A stretch of 39,270 nt of DNA. Source: Escherichia phage 285P. Below the pieces are notes generated by a model. That model saw only the letters and a program-made list of their open reading frames with translations. It searched no databases and had not been told where the DNA came from. The DNA lies in sequence record NC_015249.1. The stretch is one strand, 5' to 3'. This document shows positions 1-7,734 of the stretch, piece after piece. The position numbers were made by a program, and so were the translations under genes. Every line of letters starts with the position of its first letter. Within the stretch, counting starts at the first letter, position 1.

Positions 1-145
1 TGCTTATGTTTTCAGTGACAATAGGCTTCGTCCAAAGGGGAATCACTATCTTACTCTCTTTATCAGTCTCTGAGTAATGAGAGAGACAAGTAGAATCGAC
101 TGAGTGCCTATAGTGCCTTAAAGGTGGCTGATAGTCAATAGCCTT

Positions 146-168
146 TAATGCGACTCACTATTGAGAGA
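146..168 (+). promoter_or_regulatory. T7-type phage promoter, left-most (phiOL-like); TAATGCGACTCACTATTGAGAGA
   Basis: Seen in sequence: 17/23 core match to T7 consensus TAATACGACTCACTATAGGGAGA, located upstream of the host early promoters as phiOL is in T7. Confidence 0.55.
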
Positions 169-200
169 AATACTGCTAATGGTCATTCTCTCTTTATGTC

Positions 201-251
201 TACTATAAGAGACTATAAGACCACTTAAAGAGACTTTGAGATTCTTTAAGA
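201..251. repeat. left-end array of ~10-bp direct repeats (ACTATAAGAG x2, ACTTAAAGAG, ACTTTGAGAT, TCTTTAAGAT)
   Basis: Seen in sequence: five tandem decamer-like repeats just upstream of the first TTGACA promoter; analogous to the short repeats near T7 genome ends. Confidence 0.5.
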
Positions 252-258
252 TTGAGGG

Positions 259-288
259 TTGACATTGATAATAGCTTATGAGACTATA
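259..288 (+). promoter_or_regulatory. candidate host sigma70 early promoter (TTGACA, 17-bp spacer, GACTAT)
   Basis: Seen: consensus -35 TTGACA with a non-canonical -10; position matches the T7 A1/A2/A3 cluster to the right of phiOL. Confidence 0.4.
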
Positions 289-393
289 GCAACCGTTGAG
301 AGACACAACGCTACCAACTACTAGACAAGACCACGAGTTATCTAGTAAAGCTGAAGGGTCTCAAGTAGTCATCAACCAGACATACGAAAGTAG

Positions 394-422
394 TTGACTC
401 AACGAAAGCAATAACGTAGTAT
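394..422 (+). promoter_or_regulatory. candidate host sigma70 early promoter (TTGACT, 17 bp, TAGTAT)
   Basis: Seen: -35 TTGACT and -10 TAGTAT with 17-bp spacer. Confidence 0.5.
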
Positions 423-488
423 AGCAGTCGTCAACAACTGGTCGCCCTCTGAAACAACATGAGGTGTCACGGTGAGAAACAAAAGTAG

Positions 489-518
489 TTGACAAGTAGC
501 AACAACAAGATGTAAGAT
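489..518 (+). promoter_or_regulatory. candidate host sigma70 early promoter (TTGACA, 18 bp, TAAGAT), A2-like
   Basis: Seen: -35 TTGACA and -10 TAAGAT; TAAGAT is the -10 I recall for T7 A2. Confidence 0.5.
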
Positions 519-636
519 GTACGACATGCAGTAAGGGTGTAGGGATAGGAACCGAGAAACCTGCCCGTGACCCGCCAAGGATAAGGCACTAGCCGTGAGT
601 CGAATTCGGTCACTCATCGCATAAAAGAATAACAGG

Positions 637-665
637 TTGACAGTCTCCTTTAAAAACTGTAAGCT
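637..665 (+). promoter_or_regulatory. candidate host sigma70 early promoter (TTGACA, 17 bp, TAAGCT)
   Basis: Seen: consensus -35 with weak -10. Confidence 0.35.
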
Positions 666-741
666 GTACCGGAAACATACATAACGTTCTTGTGAAGTCC
701 CACACTGAAAGGGACTCGGTGCTAACAAACCTGCACTTAAA

Positions 742-859
742 GCTCTTTAACAATTTGGACAATAGCACTCTTGAGATGGCGGCACTAGCGATTAACTCAA
801 GGTGACTCGAAAGAGAAGCCTTTATGATAATCACTGTAACCAACATCGAGGCAATCATC
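742..859 (+). other. gene 0.3 leader region, T7 R0.3-like (CTCTTTAACAAT...AACTCAAGG...CCTTTATGATA)
   Basis: Mixed: strongly resembles my recollection of the T7 gene 0.3 leader/RNase III R0.3 region; not verified. Confidence 0.4.
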
Positions 860-1318
860 ATGATTCACACTAAAGAGCAAGCTAACGTTTTCTATGTACT
901 GGTAAGCGCATTCCGTTCTAACCTCGACGATGAGGTCAACATGAGTCGCCACCGCCACATGGTTAACAACCTGCGCAACGCACCGGGTCTTTATGGTAGC
1001 GTTGAGTCTACCGATTTAACTGGCTGTTACCGCGAAGCCATCTCAAGTGCACCAACTGAAGAGAAAACAATCCGTGTACGTTGTAAAGACAAGGCACAGG
1101 TTCTCAATGTCGCACGTCTGGCATGTAATGAGTGGGAACAAGATTGCGTACTGGTCTATAAGTCACAGACTCACACGGCTGGATTAGTGTACGCTAAAGG
1201 CATCGACGGGTACAAAGCTGAACGTCTGCACGGTAGCTTCCAGCGCATCCCTAAAGGTGCACCAATCCAAGGCTGCTTCACGGTTGACGAGTTCGGCAAA
1301 TACTGGCAGGTAGCATAA
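860..1318 (+). CDS. 0.3: S-adenosylmethionine lyase (T3 gene 0.3-type SAMase), anti-restriction
   Basis: 152 aa from internal Met of ORF 824-1318 (MIHTKEQANVFYVLVSAFRSNL...CFTVDEFGKYWQVA); length and sequence match my recollection of T3 SAMase; not acidic like T7 Ocr. GAGG RBS upstream. Confidence 0.75.
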   Translation: MIHTKEQANVFYVLVSAFRSNLDDEVNMSRHRHMVNNLRNAPGLYGSVESTDLTGCYREAISSAPTEEKTIRVRCKDKAQVLNVARLACNEWEQDCVLVYKSQTHTAGLVYAKGIDGYKAERLHGSFQRIPKGAPIQGCFTVDEFGKYWQVA

Positions 1319-1319
1319 C

Positions 1320-1517
1320 ATGGTCGCACTCTTTGTAATCACAATGTACGCTCTGATTGGGGCGTACTTCCTGAGAGACTTCAAGCGTGGTCTGGTTATA
1401 CACAAAGCTAACTTCTCGCACCTGAAGTATGGCTTTCTACCACGATTCACAGTCCGTGAACGCAACGGGCGCTTTAAGGCTAACAAGGTTGGTATCTTCT
1501 ATGTTGCAACACATTAA
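1320..1517 (+). CDS. small early protein with N-terminal hydrophobic helix (gene 0.4-0.6 region)
   Basis: 65-aa ORF starting 1 nt after the SAMase stop; N-terminal VALFVITMYALIGAYFL segment; no recognised homolog. Confidence 0.35.
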   Translation: MVALFVITMYALIGAYFLRDFKRGLVIHKANFSHLKYGFLPRFTVRERNGRFKANKVGIFYVATH

Positions 1518-1621
1518 ACGCAATGTCGGCTTCTACATGGTCTTCGTTGTGTGGCCTACGCTCTGTATTATCTTCATGAAATAACACTCTCACAATCTTC
1601 TCTCTTAAAGGACACAATCTA

Positions 1622-2719
1622 ATGAACTACACCGACATTCAGGCACGTCTGGCAATCATCAAGTCTCTCCCGATTAGCGAACTGGACGAGCGCCAGCCTC
1701 TTCTGGTTGCACTGGCTGCTGACATCGTGAACGGTGAAACGTGTGATGGTAACGACACCGATGGCTCGAACGGCTTGGAGTATCAGGACTGGTGGCACAC
1801 CTTGGGCGCACTCATGCGTGATGCAGGTTTCCACATGTTAGGCAATGGTCACTTCAGTGCGGCCTACTCGCACGAAATGTTACCGGGTCGAGTTATCAAG
1901 GTTGGCTTTAAGAAAGAGGATTCAGGCGCTGCATACACTGCATTCTGTAGGATGCACCAAGGTAGAGCGGGTATCCCTAACGTCTATCACGTAGCACGTC
2001 ATGCAGGTTGTTATACGGTTGTTCTTGACAAGCTGGTAGCATGTGACCGCGATAATTATGACCATGAGGTATACGCTGACCTCGCACGTTACTTTGTGGA
2101 GTCGGATTGCCATGACGCAAGCGACTTTGCACCGGGTGACTACGAGTTCATCGAGACCTGCAAAATGATTCGTGAGTTCTTCAAAGGGATTGCATCTTTC
2201 GACATGCACAGTGGGAACATTATGTTCTCTGAAGAGGGCACACCATACATCACTGACCCGGTTAGTTTCTCACATGACCGTGAACGTGAGGACGGTTTCC
2301 CTCTGGACCCTGAAGCACTGCTGGCTGAGGTCGAGGCTGTAGCGCAAGAACGCATGATTGAACGTTGCCGCAACCGCAAGGCCAAGTGTGACCCTAACGG
2401 CTCCTTTCAGGTTAACCGCAAGGCCGCAATGAAACGCCGCAAGCGTAACCGTAAGTTACGTGCTAAACATGCAGCGGAAGGAATGCACCAGTTTGTCAAA
2501 GGGCGGCTTGAGCGTAGAGCTATTGACCGAAATGAACGCCGTGCTGAGATGTTCATGGGGTCTGCATGGCATTACGCATGGTTGCATAATGGTAACGCAA
2601 CGTTCCGCAAGGTTGAACAAGTGAACGGCCTCAAGTGGCAACTAGGGGACCGCCTAGCAATCCAAGCGGGTCTGCCTCTGAACATTGACAAGTTACTTGA
2701 CGCACAACTGCAAGGCTGA
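1622..2719 (+). CDS. 0.7: gene 0.7 serine/threonine protein kinase / host transcription shut-off protein
   Basis: 365 aa; conserved blocks vs T7 gp0.7 (LGNGHFSAAYSH, VIKVGFKKEDSGAAYTAFCRM, DMHSGNIMFS, YITDPVSFS). Confidence 0.9.
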   Translation: MNYTDIQARLAIIKSLPISELDERQPLLVALAADIVNGETCDGNDTDGSNGLEYQDWWHTLGALMRDAGFHMLGNGHFSAAYSHEMLPGRVIKVGFKKEDSGAAYTAFCRMHQGRAGIPNVYHVARHAGCYTVVLDKLVACDRDNYDHEVYADLARYFVESDCHDASDFAPGDYEFIETCKMIREFFKGIASFDMHSGNIMFSEEGTPYITDPVSFSHDREREDGFPLDPEALLAEVEAVAQERMIERCRNRKAKCDPNGSFQVNRKAAMKRRKRNRKLRAKHAAEGMHQFVKGRLERRAIDRNERRAEMFMGSAWHYAWLHNGNATFRKVEQVNGLKWQLGDRLAIQAGLPLNIDKLLDAQLQG

Positions 2720-2733
2720 TAAGGTGTATCTTC

Positions 2734-2758
2734 AAGGTCGGCACTGACTGCTGGCCTT
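2734..2758 (+). promoter_or_regulatory. RNase III-type hairpin between 0.7 and gene 1 (R1-like)
   Basis: Seen: AAGGTCGGCAC/loop/TGCTGGCCTT forms a ~10-bp stem with G-U pairs; same position as T7 R1. Confidence 0.4.
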
Positions 2759-2792
2759 TATAGATAAACTTTCTTAACAACGTGAGGCAACA

Positions 2793-5444
2793 ATGACTAA
2801 CGTAATCAACGCACCAAAGAACGACTTCTCTGACATCGCTAACGCAATCATGCCATACAACATTCTGGCTGACCATTACGGCGCACAGCTTGCAGCTACG
2901 CAGTTACAGCTTGAGCACGAAGCGCACACTGAGGGTGAGAAGCGTTTTCTTAAGGCAATGGAACGTCAAATCAAAGCGGGTGAGTTCGGTGATAACGCAG
3001 TGGCTAAACCGCTCCTGTCATCTCTCGCACCGAAGTTTATCGAAGCGTGGAACACTTGGTTCACCGAGGTGGAAGCGAAGCGTGGCAAGCGTCCAGTAGC
3101 CTACAATCTGGTACAGAAGGTTGCACCTGAAGCGGCAGCTTTCATCACACTGAAGGTCACACTCGCTTGCTTGACGAAAGAAGAGTTCACCAACCTGCAA
3201 TCGGTCGCCACTAAGATTGGTCGCAGTATTGAGGATGAACTGCGTTTTGGTCGCATCCGTGACGAAGAAGCGAAGCACTTTAAGAACCACGTACAGGAGG
3301 CACTGAACAAGCGCGTTGGTATCGTCTACAAGAAAGCATTCATGCAAGCCGTAGAGGGCAAGATGCTTGATGCTGGTCAACTGCAAACCAAGTGGACTAC
3401 ATGGACACCTGAAGAATCAATTCACGTTGGTGTGCGCATGTTGGAACTGCTCATCGGGTCTACTGGTCTCGTTGAGTTACACCGCCCGTTCGCTGGTAAC
3501 GTTGAGAAGGATGGCGAGTACATCCAACTGACCGAACAATATGTAGACCTGCTGTCTAAACGTGCTGGTGCACTGGCTGCAATCGCTCCGATGTATCAGC
3601 CTTGCGTGGTCCCTCCGAAGCCTTGGACTTCTCCGGTTGGTGGTGGCTATTGGGCTGCTGGTCGCAAGCCTCTCTCTCTGGTTCGTACTGGTTCCAAGAA
3701 GGGACTTGAGCGTTACAACGATGTGTACATGCCTGAAGTTTACAAGGCCGTGAACATCGCACAGAATACTCCTTGGAAGATTAACAAGAAGGTTCTGGCA
3801 GTGGTCAACGAGATTGTGAACTGGAAGCATTGCCCGGTTGAAGATGTTCCTGCTCTGGAACGTGGTGAACTGCCTGTCAAACCTGAAGACATCGACACGA
3901 ACGAGGCATCTCTCAAAGCGTGGAAGAAAGCGGCCTCCGCAATCTACCGCAAAGAGAAGGCACGAGTGTCACGCCGCATGAGCATGGAGTTCATGTTAGG
4001 TCAGGCCAATAAGTTCGCACAGTTCAAAGCTATCTGGTTCCCAATGAACATGGACTGGCGCGGTCGTGTGTATGCTGTGCCGATGTTTAACCCGCAAGGC
4101 AACGACATGACCAAAGGCTTGCTGACGCTCGCTAAAGGTAAACCAATCGGTGTCGATGGGTACTACTGGCTGAAGATTCACGGTGCTAACACTGCTGGCG
4201 TGGACAAGGTGGACTTTGCAGAACGCATCAAGTTCATTGATGACAACCATGAGAACATCATGAGCGTAGCTGCTGACCCGATTGCTAACACTTGGTGGGC
4301 CGAGCAAGACTCTCCGTTCTGCTTCCTCGCGTTCTGCTTCGAGTATGCAGGTGTGCAACACCACGGGATGAACTACAACTGCTCTCTTCCGCTGGCGTTC
4401 GATGGTAGCTGCTCCGGTATTCAGCACTTCTCCGCGATGCTCCGTGATGAGATTGGTGGTCGTGCGGTTAACCTGCTGCCGAGCAAGGAAGTACAGGACA
4501 TCTACCGCATCGTTGCGGAACGTGTGAACGAAATACTGAACCAAGATGTTATCAACGGGACCGACAACGAAGTAGAGACCGTGACCAATAAGGACACCGG
4601 AGAAATCACTGAGAAGCTCAAGCTGGGAACTAAGGAACTGGCTGGTCAATGGTTAGCATACGGTGTTACTCGTAAGGTGACTAAGCGTTCCGTTATGACC
4701 TTGGCGTATGGTTCCAAAGAGTACGGCTTCCGTGACCAAGTGCTAGAGGATACCATTCAGCCAGCTATCGACGATGGCAAGGGCTTGATGTTCACTCAAC
4801 CGAACCAAGCGGCTGGCTACATGGCTAAACTGATTTGGAACGCGGTAACGGTGACAGTGGTCGCAGCGGTTGAAGCAATGAACTGGCTGAAGTCTGCGGC
4901 TAAACTTCTAGCTGCTGAAGTCAAGGACAAGAAGACCAAAGAGGTTCTCCGTAAGCGCTGTGCGGTACATTGGGTTACTCCTGATGGCTTCCCGGTCTGG
5001 CAGGAATACAAGAAGCCAGTACAGACCCGCTTGAACCTGATGTTCTTAGGCCAGATTCGTCTACAGCCTACCGTGAACACCAACAAGGATAGCGGGATTG
5101 ATGCTCGTAAACAGGAGTCAGGTATCGCACCTAACTTTGTTCACTCAATGGATGGTAGCCACCTGCGCATGACCGTGGTTCGCTCCAACGAGGTCTACGG
5201 TGTGGAATCGTTCGCACTGATTCACGACTCCTTTGGTACTATCCCTGCTGATGCTGGCAACCTGTTTAAAGCAGTGCGTGAAACGATGGTGAACACCTAT
5301 GAAGAGAACGATGTACTAGCAGACTTCTATGAGCAATTTGCTGACCAGTTGCACGAATCACAGCTTGACAAGATGCCTGAGATGCCAGCTAAAGGTTCTC
5401 TGGACCTGCAAGAAATCCTTAAGTCAGACTTTGCGTTTGCCTAA
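2793..5444 (+). CDS. 1: T7-type single-subunit DNA-dependent RNA polymerase
   Basis: 883 aa (same as T7 RNAP); long identical stretches to T7 gp1 as recalled (PMFQPCVVPPKPWT, DGSCSGIQHFSAMLRDE, HDSFGTIPADA, C-terminal FAFA). Confidence 0.97.
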   Translation: MTNVINAPKNDFSDIANAIMPYNILADHYGAQLAATQLQLEHEAHTEGEKRFLKAMERQIKAGEFGDNAVAKPLLSSLAPKFIEAWNTWFTEVEAKRGKRPVAYNLVQKVAPEAAAFITLKVTLACLTKEEFTNLQSVATKIGRSIEDELRFGRIRDEEAKHFKNHVQEALNKRVGIVYKKAFMQAVEGKMLDAGQLQTKWTTWTPEESIHVGVRMLELLIGSTGLVELHRPFAGNVEKDGEYIQLTEQYVDLLSKRAGALAAIAPMYQPCVVPPKPWTSPVGGGYWAAGRKPLSLVRTGSKKGLERYNDVYMPEVYKAVNIAQNTPWKINKKVLAVVNEIVNWKHCPVEDVPALERGELPVKPEDIDTNEASLKAWKKAASAIYRKEKARVSRRMSMEFMLGQANKFAQFKAIWFPMNMDWRGRVYAVPMFNPQGNDMTKGLLTLAKGKPIGVDGYYWLKIHGANTAGVDKVDFAERIKFIDDNHENIMSVAADPIANTWWAEQDSPFCFLAFCFEYAGVQHHGMNYNCSLPLAFDGSCSGIQHFSAMLRDEIGGRAVNLLPSKEVQDIYRIVAERVNEILNQDVINGTDNEVETVTNKDTGEITEKLKLGTKELAGQWLAYGVTRKVTKRSVMTLAYGSKEYGFRDQVLEDTIQPAIDDGKGLMFTQPNQAAGYMAKLIWNAVTVTVVAAVEAMNWLKSAAKLLAAEVKDKKTKEVLRKRCAVHWVTPDGFPVWQEYKKPVQTRLNLMFLGQIRLQPTVNTNKDSGIDARKQESGIAPNFVHSMDGSHLRMTVVRSNEVYGVESFALIHDSFGTIPADAGNLFKAVRETMVNTYEENDVLADFYEQFADQLHESQLDKMPEMPAKGSLDLQEILKSDFAFA

Positions 5445-5451
5445 CGGAATC

Positions 5452-5474
5452 TAATACGACTCACTATTGGGAGC
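5452..5474 (+). promoter_or_regulatory. T7-type promoter (phi1.1A-like) TAATACGACTCACTATTGGGAGC
   Basis: Seen: perfect -17..-2 match, T at -1; begins 8 nt after the RNAP stop. Confidence 0.8.
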
Positions 5475-5486
5475 CTTCGGGCTTCC

Positions 5487-5533
5487 TAAACTTTAAGATA
5501 CTTTAAGTTCTAACTTTAAGAGGAAACACAATC
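5487..5533. other. AT-rich segment with 3x CTTTAAG repeats; candidate primary replication origin region
   Basis: Seen: repeats at 5491, 5501, 5514. Inference from T7, where the primary origin is the AT-rich region just downstream of phi1.1A/B. Confidence 0.3.
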
Positions 5534-6091
5534 ATGTTTACTTTAATCACTTCAGTAGGCGCTCTCGTATCAACCATTCTTGCAGCAACATACTATAATC
5601 GTTCAAAGGTATTTCTCACTAAGCTAATCAAAGAAGAGAAGAACTCTCATGCACTCAAAGAGAGACTTGAAGATGGATGGCGAGATAAGCAGGAACTAGC
5701 TGGTCGAATCCGTACCTTAGAGTTCGAACAACAATATGACATGTCGAACCAACGAGAACTCATTGAGCGTCTACGCGCTGAGGCAGTGGAGTACCGCAAG
5801 GAACTTAAAGAGGCAAAGAGTACCATCCGTGAGTACACTCACAGTGACATCACGTCTATCAAGTTTACTGCTCACATCCCGGATGCTGGATGGAAGCGCA
5901 CTGAGTTCAAGCTAGGCATAGGGTCTTGTGGCAAAGAGGTTACGTGTTTACACTGGAAAGAACAGTCGGACCGCTATCTGCTGACACAGACGTGCACTGA
6001 TGGTGAGCGCAAAGAGTTCACCTATTATAAGAAAGACGTAGCTGGTCGCATTGAGATTGCACGTAAGGTCGCAGACAATACGACTCACTAA
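5534..6091 (+). CDS. hypothetical membrane-anchored coiled-coil protein (inserted between gene 1 and 1.1; possibly T3 gene 1.05-position)
   Basis: 185-aa ORF with AAGAGGA RBS; N-terminal TM-like helix (FTLITSVGALVSTILAATYY), charged heptad-like helical region, Cys-containing C-terminal domain. T7 has no gene here. Confidence 0.6.
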   Translation: MFTLITSVGALVSTILAATYYNRSKVFLTKLIKEEKNSHALKERLEDGWRDKQELAGRIRTLEFEQQYDMSNQRELIERLRAEAVEYRKELKEAKSTIREYTHSDITSIKFTAHIPDAGWKRTEFKLGIGSCGKEVTCLHWKEQSDRYLLTQTCTDGERKEFTYYKKDVAGRIEIARKVADNTTH

Positions 6092-6098
6092 TGGGAAA
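6076..6098 (+). promoter_or_regulatory. T7-type promoter (phi1.1B-like) CAATACGACTCACTAATGGGAAA
   Basis: Seen: overlaps the last codons of ORF 5534-6091; -2/-1 are AT. Confidence 0.7.
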
Positions 6099-6105
6099 CA
6101 CTGAA

Positions 6106-6149
6106 AGTTAAACTCAAGGTCATCTACATGGTGGCCTTCATGATTAACT
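6106..6149 (+). promoter_or_regulatory. conserved RNase III-type hairpin element, copy 1 (R1.1-like)
   Basis: Seen: AGTTAAACT-CAAGGTCATC-loop-GGTGGCCTT-CATGATTAACT; inner 9-bp stem, outer AGTTAA/TTAACT stem; near-identical copies at 6623 and 13599. Confidence 0.55.
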
Positions 6150-6179
6150 GTCATTAACTACACAGAAGGAAATAACATT

Positions 6180-6329
6180 ATGCGTACCAACTTTGAACCA
6201 ACCACTAAGCGCAACAACGTAATCAATGAACACGGTGCTGAATGGCAGGAACGTAAAGACCGCATGAAGAAACGCCACAAGACACAACGTGGCAACGCTG
6301 AGAAACGTAATTGGAAGGAGGCACTCTAA
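6180..6329 (+). CDS. 1.1: gene 1.1 small basic protein
   Basis: 49 aa (MRTNFEPTTKRNNVINEHGAEWQERKDRMKKRHKTQRGNAEKRNWKEAL); basic, resembles T7 gp1.1; stop overlaps the gene 1.2 ATG. Confidence 0.6.
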   Translation: MRTNFEPTTKRNNVINEHGAEWQERKDRMKKRHKTQRGNAEKRNWKEAL

Positions 6330-6601
6330 TGGGTCGCTTATACAGTGGTAACTTAATAGCATTCAAGGATGCCATCGCTAGACTTAAAGAAGACCACGAT
6401 GCAAATGTGGTCGTTGAGACTTATCGCTATGAGGACTTCGCACAGCGTCGGGTGGTAGCCGGAGAGACACTTCGAGTGACCTTGCGGAATGGCTTAATGC
6501 TGACCGCTAAGTGTTTCGAACAGTCAGACGAAGACGTTCGCTGTAATGCACAGACTGAATGGCTCCGTAAGGTTCACAGTGACCTGAAGCACTGGAAGTA
6601 A
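6329..6601 (+). CDS. 1.2: gene 1.2 protein (host dGTPase inhibitor homolog)
   Basis: 90 aa from MGRLYSGNLIAFK...; N- and C-terminal blocks (MGRLYSGNL, DEDV, HSDLKHWK) match T7 gp1.2 as recalled. Confidence 0.8.
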   Translation: MGRLYSGNLIAFKDAIARLKEDHDANVVVETYRYEDFAQRRVVAGETLRVTLRNGLMLTAKCFEQSDEDVRCNAQTEWLRKVHSDLKHWK

Positions 6602-6621
6602 TACGACTCACTATTGCGAAA
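6599..6621 (+). promoter_or_regulatory. T7-type promoter (phi1.3-like) TAATACGACTCACTATTGCGAAA
   Basis: Seen: overlaps the gene 1.2 stop; +2 is C (weaker initiation region). Confidence 0.65.
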
Positions 6622-6622
6622 G

Positions 6623-6666
6623 AGTTAAACTAAAGGTCATCTTAATGGTGGCCTTTGTGATTAACT
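6623..6666 (+). promoter_or_regulatory. conserved RNase III-type hairpin element, copy 2 (R1.3-like)
   Basis: Seen: AGTTAAACTAAAGGTCATCTTAATGGTGGCCTTTGTGATTAACT. Confidence 0.55.
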
Positions 6667-6702
6667 TTTGATTACTTAATAACCAACAATAGGAGTTCCA
6701 TC

Positions 6703-7734
6703 ATGGAAATCACATTCAAGACTAACCCTTTTAAAGCTGTATCCTACGTTGAGTCTGCCATTAAGAAAGCACTCGACAAAGCTGGCTACCTGATTGCTGA
6801 CACTAAGCATGATGGTGTGCGTGGTAACATCGTGGTTGATAATACGGCTGACTGCCTGTGGCTGTCCCGTGTCTCTAAGACCATCCCCGCGCTTGAGCAC
6901 CTTAATGGGTTCGACCAACGCTGGGCTAATGTTCTCAAAGATGACCGCTGGATTTTCCCTGATGGCTTCATGCTGGATGGTGAACTGATGGTCAAAGGCG
7001 TAGACTTCAACACAGGGTCTGGCCTACTGAGAACCAAGTGGCTCAAGAAGACAAACTGTGGATTTGATATTGGTGGAGTAGAGCCTCTCAAGGGGAGTAA
7101 AGTAGACTTCTGCTTAGACCCTAAGAAACTTAAGGTTGTCCTGTATGCCGCTATGCCGTATCACGATATGGTAGAAGGCAAAGAGTACGGCGTTATGTCC
7201 CTCCTGATGCAAGAGCATGTGCGTTCCCTCATTCCGGTTCTTAGCGAACACTTCCCGGAAATCACTTGGGAACTATCTGAGGCCAAAGAAGTCTACGATA
7301 TGGTAGAACTTCAGGAACTCTACGAGAAAGCCCGTGCCGATGGTCATGAAGGTCTGGTCGTCAAAGACCCGCTGGAAGTCTACAAGCGCGGGAAGAAGTC
7401 TGGCTGGTGGAAGATGAAGCCTGAGAATGAAGCTGATGGTGTCATCGTTGGACTCAATTGGGGTACTCCGGGTCTGGCTAATGAAGGTAAAGTGATTGGC
7501 TTTGAGGTTCTCTTGGAGTCCGGTCGTGTAGTCTCTGCCAACAACATTAGCCAAGCGTTGATGGATGAGTTTACTGCTGCCGTCAAACATGCTGAGTCTG
7601 TGGGTATGGGTATGCCTTACACTGGCTTCGCCTGTCAGGTTGCCTACATGGAGGAAACTCCTGATGGTTCTCTGCGTCACCCTTCGTTCGTTATGTTCCG
7701 TGGTACTGAAGATAACCCAACGGAGAAGATGTAA
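6703..7734 (+). CDS. 1.3: ATP-dependent DNA ligase
   Basis: 343 aa; KxDGxR adenylation motif (DTKHDGVRGN) and extensive identity to T7 ligase as recalled (GLVVKDP, KSGWWKMKPENEADG, EGKVIGFEVLLESGR, RHPSFVMFRGTEDNP). Confidence 0.95.
   Translation: MEITFKTNPFKAVSYVESAIKKALDKAGYLIADTKHDGVRGNIVVDNTADCLWLSRVSKTIPALEHLNGFDQRWANVLKDDRWIFPDGFMLDGELMVKGVDFNTGSGLLRTKWLKKTNCGFDIGGVEPLKGSKVDFCLDPKKLKVVLYAAMPYHDMVEGKEYGVMSLLMQEHVRSLIPVLSEHFPEITWELSEAKEVYDMVELQELYEKARADGHEGLVVKDPLEVYKRGKKSGWWKMKPENEADGVIVGLNWGTPGLANEGKVIGFEVLLESGRVVSANNISQALMDEFTAAVKHAESVGMGMPYTGFACQVAYMEETPDGSLRHPSFVMFRGTEDNPTEKM

Noticed and set aside
1-60. Direct terminal repeat of the genome
   Set aside because: The first and last ~60 bp of the window are not identical, so both copies of the terminal repeat are not present; the repeat cannot be delimited from this window.
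3996-4649. 217-aa ORF on the minus strand inside the RNA polymerase gene (similar cases at 21338-21991, 27261-27791, 28698-29195, 30442-30810, 33735-34286, 38042-38608)
   Set aside because: All minus-strand ORFs are antisense to strongly supported + strand genes, lack RBS context, and T7-group genomes are transcribed in one direction only; treated as chance open frames (the 33529-34286 ones are artefacts of the tail-fiber repeats).
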